From Eledone cirrhosa (Eukaryota): a stretch of DNA of 64,000 bases. Below the pieces are notes generated by a model, which worked only from the letters and a program-made list of their open reading frames with translations, did no database searches and was not told where the DNA came from. The stretch is taken from positions 159,092,001 to 159,156,000 of the forward strand of contig OZ024743.1 in assembly GCA_964016885.1 (NCBI GenBank). Direction: 5' to 3'. Of this stretch, positions 49,420 through 61,785 are shown piece by piece (position 1 is the stretch's first letter; every line of letters starts with the position of its first letter). The position numbers and the translations under genes were made by a program.

Positions 49420-49525
49420 TAATTGTTTCTACTTTAGGCACAAGGCCAGCAATTACCCAGTGCATTACTGGTACTTAATTTTATCGACCCCGTAAGGATG
49501 AAAGGCAAAGTCAACTTCGGCGGGA
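49420..49525 (-). mobile_element. 5'-truncated SINE, same family
   Basis: Core and 3' tail only. Confidence 0.8.
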
Positions 49526-50903
49526 ACACTGCAACATTTATTCGCCTATATTTCTTATGTTTGCCACGTTTTCTGCTATATTTTCTTTGTGCGTCTGTTT
49601 GTTTGTTTGTATAAACTACTAAAAATGAAGGGTTCTTTCATAGAGACGATGGATTGTAACCCCAGGCTGATAAGATACCGATAGATTTAGAAATCACCTT
49701 CACATCTTCTTGAATGATTTATCTGAATAATCGCATACCTTCATCCCTATAAAGCGAGATTTTTAACCTACATTATTACCTGTGCTAGAAAACTAATGAA
49801 ATGCTCATTTATATTCACAGGCACAGTAACGACTCAAAACATATAATCCATTGTCTAATCTATAACATTAACTTTGAGCTAATAAAGAAGCTTTCTACAA
49901 TGGACAACAATATTATAATGAATATACAACCCCCCCCCCCCCAAAAAAAAAGCATCTTGTACGCCTTCCCTCTATATGACAGTTGTTACACCATTGGCTT
50001 AGATTTTCGTAAGCTTATTAAGTAGCTGTTACCTTAAATTAATTTTCACCATATCCTTAGTAAAAGTGCAATCAAACATTGATATTCCTGTACTCCAAGC
50101 GCTAACTGTAATATAGCATTTGAACAAAGCATATAAGAACTAAATGATCTAGAGGGGCCAAAGTTTAGCAATCATTGCACTTGCCATATTCTGTACACCC
50201 CCGCCCCCCCCCCCCCCCCATATATATATATATATGGATGCACACATACATAAACTAGAATTACTATATGTCTGACACTGAGTGGTTCGGCAACGACATG
50301 GCATGCATGCTATATATTCAACTTCTCTTATTCCAAAGAAATTTCCTTCAGACGACGGAATTGTAATTCTTCTAATATTGGTTATTCCAAAGTTTGATAT
50401 TAATTAAATTTGTTTCTTGAATTCCAGAAACCACGGCTGGGGAACTATAACCGACGTATTTTAGTCGGTCTAGCTTATATTCCACCAAACCGAGATTTTG
50501 GCTTAAGTTTAATGTTTAATTACATCTCTGAGTAGATAACTTATTACTATATCTTATCCTTTTGTTTTGATGTCTAAGTATTAGCGACAGATAAGTTTAT
50601 GAATTGATATTAACTGCCCGTCATTGTTGAACAGATTTAGACGATTTTAGCTGCTATTTCCAGTATCACTATAAGCCCGTCGTATTGTCATAGTACACTG
50701 AGTGGGCTATAATCATATATATGTAATTCAACGACGCAACGCGTTGGACACTTAAATTTATAAATTGACACACACTCTCCCTCTCTCTCTCTCTCACACA
50801 CATACACACACACACACACACACGCACATATATATTTATATATTACGGAAATCACCGAATTTATTTTCTTTCTATCCACTTTTGTACCTCTCCCTCTCTC
50901 TCT

Positions 50904-50941
<38 letters not shown>

Positions 50942-50948
50942 GAATAAA

Positions 50949-51552
50949 TGAATAAACAAGAGAGATGAACACTAATATAAACATACACGTGTTCGAATCG
51001 TAAGGACCAAGTTTGCTAGGGTGAAAAAAATATTAACTACAGCAATATGGTTTGTCAGACTTAATTTTTAGTATTAAATTAAGAAAAATAACAGACCTAT
51101 ATTGGGCAATCGCCTGGTAACAACCAGATAGCTTTGGAAACTGTTTCACAACATCTTATTAAGTGAAGTCCTGTTAACCAGACTGCTATTTTTAGCGGTA
51201 TGGAATTTTGAGACTAGCTGGGTTCGGAAGACATGTGCGATATTTCTTATCGCACACAATTCAATCTTCTAATATTTTTAGAAGTGGAAGGATCACTAAT
51301 TTCTCAACAACTACTGAGGAGCAGAAAGTGTGGACTTCACTGAATAAGATGTTGCGAAACAGTTTCCAAAACTGTCTAGTTGTTACCAGGCCTTTCCCCA
51401 ATATAGGTCTGTTCTTCTCTTAATTTAATACTTAAAATTAAGTTTGACAAACCATATTGCTGTAGTTAGTATTTTTTCACCCTAGCAAACTTGGTCCTTC
51501 CGATTAGAACACATGTATGTTTATATTAGTGTTCATCTCTCTTGTTTATTCA
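50949..51552. mobile_element. Non-coding fold-back element, ~220-bp arms (50949-51171 / 51332-51552), between (TA)n tracts
   Basis: Arms match with scattered substitutions; HHR overlaps the spacer and right arm. Confidence 0.88.
51306..51384 (+). ncRNA. Canonical type I hammerhead; predicted cleavage after C51376
   Basis: aacaacta-CTGAGGA-gca...tgc-GAAA-cagttt(cca)aaactg-TC-tagttgtt: 8-bp stem I, 6-bp stem III extension, GUC triplet. Confidence 0.9.
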
Positions 51553-51626
51553 ATTATATTACACGGCTCGGAAAAGCTCTTTTCTTAGAGCTATTTAATT
51601 GTAAGAGACTACTCTGAGTTTCTAAC

Positions 51627-51686
<60 letters not shown>

Positions 51687-51847
51687 ATATAGAAAACGAA
51701 GAATCAGTGATGCATCGGAACACAATTTATTACGTATTACAATTGTTTCTCCGGCAAACAGCTCGAGGTGCGATCTGTTTGTGGATCGAACCTGAGTCTG
51801 GATTCGCAACCGGCATACTGCCTATGGACATATCGTAGCAACCATAC

Positions 51848-51949
<102 letters not shown>

Positions 51950-52361
51950 TGTGTCTGTGTGTGTGTGTGTCACAATATCCGTAAGTGAGAAAAAGGAAAA
52001 AGTAAAAAGTAAAAAGTAAAAGGAAAAAGGAAAATAGTGCTCAATTGGGAAGAGAGCAGATCTATTATATTATTTATGTTTGTTCATATACGTAACAAAA
52101 GCGTATAAGCCAGCAGATAGGTCAATTTTAATCCCTCTTACAATCTGAAGATATAAGGTCAATATTGGGCCTTGAAATCTTAGGTAGCGCTTTTGTTCCA
52201 TGTATGAACATAAATATAATATAATATAATATAATATAATATATATATATATATATATATACAGAGAGATAGAGAGGGGGAGAAATAGAGATAGAGAGAA
52301 AAAGTGAGTGAGAGAGAGAGTTGTTATAAGCTCATACCGTTTTGAAGCAATATATATATAA

Positions 52362-52430
<69 letters not shown>

Positions 52431-52446
52431 CGTGTGATGTGTGTGT

Positions 52447-52488
<42 letters not shown>

Positions 52489-54169
52489 TGTGCGGGCAGA
52501 GAAACAGACTCAATACAAGGACAGACTGATATATCATTATAGATCTGAAGCTACACTGACTCCCCGGCCAATAGTTTCATGCATAAGTGCTCTTATCAAA
52601 CCGTACACACACACATACGTACATATACATATAGTTTACGAGTATAGTAGTGTGTTTAAATAGAATTGAATATGTGATTAGAAAAAATAAAACAATAGCT
52701 ATCAGTATTCGATGTTGTTTTAATATTTCCGGTGTCTCTTGAAATAGGGATGATACGAGCTGAAACTGTGACAAATGAGTCTCTATATCTCTATGGGAGT
52801 TAGCACGGCCGAATCTTTGTTGCAGAATGAATCAAAAACTCCCCACTACTGTGTATAAATATCTGCATCTCGAAGAGACAGGTATTCGTTTCTCAAAGGT
52901 AACTGTTAATTATATTTGAATCATTTTAATTATATGTTTAGCAAGAAATCTGAGCGAAAAATCATGTAAAAAAGTCACATCAAAGTAACTGAGGAATACA
53001 ACAAAGAAAGAAACTACGGCGGTAATGTGATGTCAGGTCTCTCGTGTCTCGCATGCAGCAATAAACTGTCTATTAATGTCATGAATTGAATAATTACTAC
53101 CTGTTCATTACTTTCCTCTGCGCTGAAAGATCTCATATACAGCTCGACACAAATTTGTTTTTGTTTGTTCAGAATCGTAAAGTAAATTACGCAAAGAAAG
53201 CGAAACAAAGGTTAGTTAAACTGTACTACAAGAAAACTAGTATGTCACAGCATCTAGAAGAAGACGGAAGGAGGAAAAGGGGGAAAGGGAAAACAATTAG
53301 TGCATATGCAGCTCTGTTTGAGATTAACAAAATAGAGAAGAAAGAAGAAATCTTCTTGCATGGATAGATTTACTGTATATATTTTTAATCAATAGAGACG
53401 TTGATTTTTTAAACTTACAAACTAGAAGGAAAGAAATGTATTTGAGATACATTACAAAATACATGCTTTCAATAAAAAAATAGTTACGCAGAATATGTAT
53501 GATTCACATCGCCTTAACTTTTCTCAACTTGTAAACAGAAAAAATGATTACGTTTAATTCATATATCAATATATGATACGAATTGTGTCGTATGTATATA
53601 AAAAATGTATTAGAATGAGCATAAATTCCATTTTGCTTACATTTCTCACGCCCAAATTTTCTTTCTTGACCAACATTGCGGGAATTTCTTTCATAGTTAC
53701 TAATGGATTTTGAAGTTATAGAAACTGAAGGTTTCCATAACTTTAAGAAATGACAAATATTGATCGACTTACAAGTCGTTGTAACCTATTTTACCCAATG
53801 AATTTACATACAGAAATTTCATTGTTAAAAAGCTTTGTATTAATTTTTAACAACATAATCCCCTCTGTGAAAAAGATGTAACGAAGAAATTTGTATAGAG
53901 TAAGTTCACTGAGTAACTGTCTAAGTGAATTATTCCTATATTATGATGATTTTTTAAAAAAAGTTCTAAAATATATTTGGTTGACGTCATTGAAGTATAA
54001 TACATATAGTATATATGTTGGACTTCCGTCGGTTTCGACGACGAATGCTCATAAAATGAATAATCAAGTAGCCGAATCCACTACTCATATGTGCTCTACT
54101 AACTTACTTCCGGGAAGGTTCAGCAAAGTGTGTGAAACAGTTGGCCCTTTGTGTTACAGGTATAACTCA

Positions 54170-54700
54170 CTTTTTCAGCTAAGTGAACCGGGTCAATGCC
54201 AAATAAGTGTTTTTCCCTAGAGCAGAACGAGACATGCGGAATCGAACTCAAGTCATTTCGATCGACAGACGAACATGAAAAAAATTTTTTAAATTATTTT
54301 ACTTGTTTCCAACCCGCATGATATGACAATATCAGGACGCTAAAAATTACAGTTCATATAAAATTAATTGAATTCAGAATACATTTGGCATTTAAGCGGA
54401 GTTAAGAAATTCACTTCGCCATCATAAGGTTCTGTATTCGAGCTTTGGCGCGGTATATATGACAAATATTTTCTACCGTAGCCTTAAGTTGAACCCTTAT
54501 GAGTGGATTTTAGTTGGCAGAAATTGTTACGTTTACCGGTATGAACCAGTGCGGTGATCCTTTATGTGAAAAAGGTTAACTTAGACACTCGCTAGATAAA
54601 GCTCAATAAAATAATTACCAGTACAGGAATCGATATGATCAAATAGAACTATTTAAGACGGTATCCCGACATAAAGAAGAAATGAATAAAGGCATAAGAA
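54170..54700. mobile_element. Two heavily degraded SINE-like relics (54170-54275 minus; 54385-54700 plus)
   Basis: Remnant B box (gagttcgattcc on minus); resemblance from memory to octopus tRNA/CORE-type SINEs. Confidence 0.4.
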
Positions 54701-55067
54701 TGAGACAAGGTCGATCCCTTCAAAGTATTTCAGGGTAGAGGGATGATATGAAAATAGTTATGTATTTAGTCTGAAACCTCATTATATTTGCCTCTAGATA
54801 ACCGTATATTGCTATAAGTAATTTTGAGAAGAAATAAGAGGATCTGACCGAATGGCAAACATAGAAATTTTGTTACACATAATAGTTTACCTGGTGGTGG
54901 GAAGGTTTCAAAATATCGGAATTACGTATATATTCATGCATAGACACAAACACACACATACATGCATACATTTTTATTAGCAAAATGCTAAACGATGAAG
55001 CGTTATTTCTTTGTTAGAAACAAGATACGTCTTTACAGGCAACGTTAGAATGATAACACACACACAC

Positions 55068-55102
<35 letters not shown>

Positions 55103-55139
55103 GTACGTACATACACACATATGTCACATTTATATGAAT

Positions 55140-56243
55140 ATACAAGGTGTAACAGAAAATTAAGATAAGTTTCAAATGGTTATATTTCTAATTATATAAG
55201 TTTTGTTGTAGTCTTAATTTTAAATGATACCAGCTTGAATAATCACTTGTATTTTTTTTTATTTTAGAATGAATACATTATGAATGTTAATAAAGTATTG
55301 AAGCGTAAAATTGTAATTGCCGAATTATTGCGCACCGGCAAAAGTGTTGGGAGATTTAAATTGTAGGCAATTTGAAGAACAGTTAGGATGTGCAGAGAAA
55401 GCCTCACAGTCCTAGTATTAACTGAAAACGCACACCTCACTTGTTTGAAGGACTTAAAAGTTCGATTGAGCCAAACCCATCAAAATCGATGGCAAAGTTG
55501 GCTCAAGATCAAGGAATCAGTAAAATGACCATTTCTATGGCTGTGAGATAAAAGAAGTCCCAAACTTCTTAGTCATCTGAAACATCATGGCGGAGACGTC
55601 CGCCTCATTGTGGAGGAAAAGAAGTTCGTGGTAGACGAATTTGCAATCCATCAAAACTCGAGTGATAGCGTATGACCCTTCCAAAGTTCATTCAGCTATG
55701 CATAGCAAGAATCCGGCTTCCAATACGATCTTTGGAGCAATGGGAAATTGATGCCTCCTCATTTAATTGAAGCAGGTCTTAAAATTAAAACAGCAGAATA
55801 TCTCAAATTTTTAGAAGACGTTTTGTTGCCTTGGATTAGGAAGCATTATAATGTAAGTCGAGTCATGTTTGTAGAGGACTCCGCGCTCGCGATTTCTTCG
55901 AAAAGAGTGCAAGAAATTTTGAAGAAAAAATTGCTTATGTTTTCCCCCTAAATATATCTGGCTCTCAATCTCGCCAGATTTAAATCAGTGTGATATTTTG
56001 CTATGGGACGCAGTTGAGACAAATATCCAACGCAAATTTTGACAACTATGTCTTCAGAGAAGGCTTCAATCAAGCGATAATTCGTAAAATGAAAAAGGAA
56101 GAAATAGTTATGACATGCGCATCATTGCAGAAACGGATCGAAATGGTGAAGAAATTAATGGCAGTCATATTGAACTAAAATAAGTACTAAACACTCCACA
56201 ATCAATTAGCATAAAAATAAAATTTGCAGTGTTTGATTTGTCC
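55140..56243 (+). mobile_element. Tc1/mariner (maT-like) transposon relic
   Basis: TA-caaggtgt start; MPPHLIEAGLKI...YLKFLEDVLLPWI...MFVEDSA (QQDSAPAH-like); SPDLN..D..LW. Confidence 0.8.
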
Positions 56244-57845
56244 GAGAGGTGCAACCTCGCGGTGTGGAGAGAATAATTTGCTGATCTCCTAAACACAATT
56301 GCAACAACATCTGCTGATGTACACGAGATGTATGTGGGAGCGGCGACTAATCTTTCAGACGAGGAGTTAAAGAGCTCAAATGGGGCAAGGCTGCCGGGGA
56401 AGATGAAAACCGCTCGAGAAGGTATTCGAGAAGGTATTCTATGGCTGACTCGTGTGTCCGGTGGCCCGGATCTCTGGAAAAGCCCTTAAGCAATGGCAGT
56501 CAGGAGTGATAATCTCAATTTTCAAAAGGAGAGACAAGAGTATTTGTTCCAATTACAGAGGGTGTCTCCTTGATAAATCTCCCCGGTAAATTCTCTGCTA
56601 AGTGTCTGGTAAAGAGATGCAAGGAGTTTGTTGAGTCCAAGCTAGCTGATGAACAGTGCAGTTTTCTCCCCGGACGCAGCACAGCCGACCAAATATTCAC
56701 AGTGCGACAGATCTTCGAGAAATCGTGGGAGTATTACAAGGAGGTGTATTCTTATTTTGTAGACCTCGTAAAGGTATATGATCGCGTTCCTCAGGCCTGC
56801 TGTGGAAGGTTGTTCAGGAGTAGGTGGTTGATGGTTAGTTTCTTGCTGCTCTGATGTCTCTATCCGAATGCTCTACTATTTGTGTTCAGAAAAGTGGTAC
56901 CAAATAGAAACCATTCAATGTGAGGGTCAAAGATCCGCACTGTCACCTCTCCTGCTCCTTATTTTCATGAACAGCATTGACATAGGCAGGCTGGTTGGAA
57001 GTAGTATCCCGACTGTCGGGTGTAAAATCAGTTGGTTGGAATTTGCAGATGACATGGTGTTACTTAACTCGAAAGAAGGTGATCTCTGACTCGCACTTGA
57101 TACGTTTGATACCAAATACTGCATGGCTGGAATAAAAATCAGTGCTGCAGAAACAGCCACCCGTCCTCTCAAGGAGTTCCACTGATGCGGGTGGAAAAGT
57201 TCAAGTATCTCTGGGCCGCGTTCATGAGAGCTGGAAGATTTAATTCAATGCAAGAATTGTAGGAGCTGGTGTAGTAATTCGGTATTCAAAAGAAGGCAGT
57301 TAGGTGTATAAGCCAAAGTTGTTGTCTTCAATTCAATATTTATGCCAACCCTTACATATGGTCATTAATCTTGGGCAATGGTGAAAATAATACGATCGCA
57401 AATATTAGCGGCCGAAATGGGTTTCCCCGAAGGGTCTTTGGAATAACGTTACACGATAGAGTGTTTAGCTCGGAGATCAGAGCGTCACACCAGGTAGAGC
57501 CGCTACTTTTCCGAATGGGGAAATCACAGCTCTGATAGTATGTGGTTGGAATATTTCATGGAAAAAAATCCCTGGACACATTTTACGTGCATAACCAACC
57601 AGTAGGAAACGCAGGTGTAGATCCCGAGCAAAATGGTGGATAACATCCATGAACGGAGCTGGTCTCGCTTGGGGATCCGGCCGGATCAGTTGGAGACGCT
57701 GGCTTCTGACAGGACCTGCCGAAAAGAGTGTTTGAGGAATCTGCTCTCACGACTCTCTCGTGAATATTTGGGCGAAGAAGAAGAAGAAGAAGAAGAAGAA
57801 GAAGAAGAAGAAGAAGAAGAAGAAGAAGAAGAAGAAGAAGAAGAT
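56244..57845 (+). mobile_element. 5'-truncated RTE-clade LINE (Rex3/Expander-like) with (GAA)n tail
   Basis: KGDKSICSNYRG, EQCSFLPGRSTADQIF, FVDLVKVYDRVP, LSPLL, FADDMVLL; tail at 57775-57845. Confidence 0.88.
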
Positions 57846-58796
57846 GTCCTCACATTTCTAAACAACCTTTAAAGAATTTGCTTCCTTACTATTATTTTCC
57901 CCTAAAACATATCTTATTTTATTAATTTCTAGCCGCCTTTAATCTATTAGCTCATTAGCGTCTGTTCACATTCTTTTTTGGTCGCATTATCTCCGCTAGG
58001 CCGATTAGATAATTACCCGGTCCTGTTTAGCGCTCTCCACATTTTCCTTGTTTTCTTTCATTTCTTTTCTGAGTAAATATTTTCCTATTCATTTTCATCG
58101 GCCCAGGTTGAACAAGTTGCTCTTCCGGGTCAACGAAACGTACGTCCTTGGTTGTTATAAGAGGTCTTACAAATTATATTGAAACTCGCCCTACGGACTT
58201 CAGTCTCTCTATACCTTGAATTTCTTTACTGAACTTTACTATATCATAGGTGTATGAATATATATACGTTGGCTGAGTGATTGTGGCGGGAGCAGAACTA
58301 TTTGAATTTTCGTCTCCTGCCATCACGTAAATTTATAATTCGGTAGCCAATCAGGGGACAGCATTGTGATGCGTAGAGATTCCAGTTTCTAATTGCTTTA
58401 CTGTGTTGGCCGTCACAAACAGTCATAGCCGGCACGGACTGGCGTCGAATTCTGTCGATCGATTGCTTATGGATTAGGCGAAACCCGCTGATGAAGCCAC
58501 ATGCACCGTTATGCACTGTTGCATAATAAATGCGGACAGAGGGTACAGCGCAGTCAATTGCTGCATTAAGTGTGGCCGAAACTCAAGTTCGGGAATAATT
58601 GAAGGTACCCGTTTACGTGTGTTGTATTGATGCGAATAACTATGTGTATACTCTGGGAGTTTCTTTAACATTACCTATTGAGTACGCTGAGATGCAACCG
58701 GTACTAGCAGTAATACCTATGCTGCTTCCGTCAACTTATTAAATATATATATATATATACACACACACATACACATATATATATATATATACGTTG

Positions 58797-58850
58797 ATTA
58801 CGGTGTTTCAAAACAATCAAGCATACATTCACTCTTTCTTGTTGTATTAC
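58797..58850 (+). repeat. ~54-bp dispersed repeat ending in (CA)n; second copy at 60957-61010
   Basis: attacggtgtttcaaa(a/c)caatcaagcatacattcactctttcttgttgtatta. Confidence 0.85.
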
Positions 58851-59164
58851 ACACACACACACACACATATATATATACATATATATATATCATAAAACAT
58901 GTCTATAGAATCACAAGATAAAATATATACTATTTCCTCTCCCAATTAGCATAATTAACCATATAAAAAATCGAATAGACCAGGCTATAAGAATGAGGCT
59001 TCTATGAAGAAATCTCCGACAAATAACCAAAACTAGCGCTTCGCGTCGGCCGTAGCGGAATATTTATCGAATATTTCGACAGCGTAATCGCCTAGATATA
59101 GTCAACTAAACAGAATTAGGTGTAAAATAAACTAGGATAAAATATATATATATATATATATATA

Positions 59165-59591
59165 GTTAAAAGAATAGAGGTGTAACACACAAGTTATTAT
59201 ATATTGGTAAACGGAATAGAAAATGCTGACAAATTGTTCACAGTTGAAAAATGGTTTAATTAGGAATAAAAGAGTATTAGTGATTGTATGGGTTAGTATT
59301 CGGTTGTGGTTTTAAGTTTTTAAGTTTTTACCGGTTGCGCATTTCTAAATGCTTTTCAAAAATAATTTTGAGATAGAGTGTCCGTGCTGTTTGCTCTGAT
59401 CAGAGCAAACAGCACGGACACTCTATCTCAAAATTATTTTTGAAAAGCATTTAGAAATGCGCAACCGGTAAAAACTTAAAAACTTAAAACCACAACCGAA
59501 TACTAACCCATACAATCACTAATACTCTTTTATTCCTAATTAAACCATTTTTCAACTGTGAACAATTTGTCAGCATTTTCTATTCCGTTTA

Positions 59592-59599
<8 letters not shown>
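59165..59599. mobile_element. Perfect spacerless palindrome (~200-bp arms, centre 59399/59400) of the terminus of the 31272 PLE family
   Basis: Homologous to 31272-31500; variant HHR at 59437-59473 (+) and its mirror. Confidence 0.9.
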
Positions 59600-59662
<63 letters not shown>

Positions 59663-59719
59663 GTGAGTTTTTTTTTACAAAATGAAAAATAACCGAGGTG
59701 TCCTACACGAGTGAAAGTA

Positions 59720-60010
59720 TAAAGAAAAAAAGATGAAATCAAAAATGCAACTGGAGTCTTATTTGAAAAAAAATATATATATTTATTTGGTTCCTTTACC
59801 GGTTTCGCAGTTCTTCTGCTTTTCAAAAGTAGAGTTGAGATGGAGGGTCTGTGTGGTCACATCTGACGTGAGAAAAACCACAGACCTTCCATCTCAACTC
59901 TACTTTTGAAAAGCAGAAGAACTGCGAAACCGGTAAAGGAACCAAATAAATATATATATTTTTTTAAAAATAAGACTCCAGTTGCATTTTCGATTTCATC
60001 TTTATTTTTC
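59720..60010. mobile_element. Fold-back PLE-type terminus, ~130-bp arms, ~20-bp spacer
   Basis: Arms match; TA and CT microsatellite flanks. Confidence 0.88.
59903..59938 (+). ncRNA. Minimal hammerhead with U3-A8 core (mirror at ~59793-59828, minus)
   Basis: ctt-TTGAAAA-gcag(aagaa)ctgc-GAAA-ccgg-TA-aag, then AATAAA. Confidence 0.72.
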
Positions 60011-60038
60011 TGTTTCTCTCTCTCTCTCACTCTCTCTC

Positions 60039-60142
<104 letters not shown>

Positions 60143-60368
60143 TATTAAAATAACATTAAAGTTTAAGCAAAGAATCGCTGCTTACACCCTTATATATATA
60201 TGTATGTATATATGTATGTATATGTATGTATATGTTATATGAATATGTATATATCCAGGTGAGCACTCGATGTTTAGGTTCATGTCAGTGGCGAAGTTTA
60301 AAGCTAGACAGAGTGTAATATAATAATAAAACAAGGAGGATTTTTAAGCCTTCATTACTTTATTGATT

Positions 60369-60453
60369 GGTGACGCGCGTTTCGCTATTGATCAGCTCAA
60401 GGTTCGATCTGTATCGATCTGGCACGACTCTGGAATCAAAAGCTCGTCAGACC
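60369..60453 (-). ncRNA. Type I hammerhead with ~60-nt stem II domain, in a ~200-bp TA-flanked unit (60255-60455)
   Basis: ggt-CTGACGA-gcttttgat...atcaatagc-GAAA-cgcgcg-TC-acc, then AATAAA. Confidence 0.82.
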
Positions 60454-60567
60454 TATATATATATATATATAGAAATAATAATAAATTTGAAGACTAAAAT
60501 CCAAAGAGGGCTCGATAAGGATAATATATCAAATATATAAGAACCGTAGAGCAAATCTGTTATTTTA

Positions 60568-60606
<39 letters not shown>

Positions 60607-61007
60607 CGTGCGTGTGTGCGCGCGCGTGCCTGTGTGTGTATGTGAGTGTGTGTGTGTGTGTGTGTGTTTGTGTGAATAAACGATGAGACAGAATTTACAT
60701 AATTATTTATTAATTACGTATTTCTGAGACTCCAGCATGGATCTGTTGTACAAACGTCACAACAGTGACCTGCACCATGTTGATGTTATCAGATGTTAAT
60801 TTTGTGGGTGGGTTGATATATTATTGGCCAACGCGATTATGTTTGCGGAAGTAAGGTCAACATATGACATTGTATTCGAGCATTTCTTATTCCCGGAATA
60901 TTCTAGTTTAAATCTCAAGCTGTGACCCAAATTTTGTGATGTCTTGTTGAGAAATAATTACGGTGTTTCAAACCAATCAAGCATACATTCACTCTTTCTT
61001 GTTGTAT

Positions 61008-61103
<96 letters not shown>

Positions 61104-61161
61104 GAATAAAATAAAACAAGAACGAGTAGTTACTCGTTCTTTACGTTTACGTTTATTAGTT

Positions 61162-61245
61162 GGTGACGCGTGTTTCGCTACCGGTCAGCTCAAGGTTCGA
61201 TCTGTATCGATCTAGCCCGACTTTGTAATCCACGGCTCGTCAGAC

Positions 61246-61246
<1 letters not shown>
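61162..61246 (-). ncRNA. Related hammerhead in a ~145-bp TA-flanked unit (61103-61248)
   Basis: ggt-CTGACGA-gc...gc-GAAA-cacgcg-TC-acc, then AATAAA. Confidence 0.78.
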
Positions 61247-61286
<40 letters not shown>

Positions 61287-61785
61287 CCAAACGCACATAC
61301 ACATACATACACATATGCATGCATACATTCGTACATCCACAGAAATATCACTGATGTGTCAATATATAAGCTTATGTTGTTTACATCGTGTTAGTGGTTA
61401 AGCATGTAAAACACATTTGTAATACACAATATATGTAAACATAAACAAGAACAAATAGATTTCAAAGATTACTTACGACGTCAAAGATCTGTGTGAGGGT
61501 TATACCTAAGTAAACATTTACTGGATGTGAAGCATTAAAGACTGGACGTGTAGCCTTGTCGTAGTCTGCCATTAAAGCTAGTAACAAGCGCTGTTCATCC
61601 GTTATAGAGGGTTTACTTCTATTCACACAGATTACATAATCACCTGCAATATATGTACAACCAGACAGATTTCATTAGTGACAGGAAAATACAAACGTCA
61701 AATTGTTACATAAAATAATATATAGACAAATATATACATAAACATATGTGTAGAAGAATAAATCTCTATCTATCTATCTATCTAT

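Noticed and set aside
58475-58500. ggc-GAAA-cccg-CTGATGA-agcc as a permuted hammerhead
   Set aside because: No room for NUH or stem I between the core strands
58270-58560. Promoter (CCAAT box agccaatcag, CpG-richer patch)
   Set aside because: No linked gene or transcript evidence; a single short motif is expected by chance
59200-59599. All palindromes being sequencing fold-back artefacts
   Set aside because: Most arms differ by substitutions or indels and share a biological layout; this perfect one alone cannot be excluded without reads
60705-60800. Hammerhead on the minus strand (CTGATAA...GAAA tacgta AT)
   Set aside because: Two core violations and a poor stem I; at most a decayed relic
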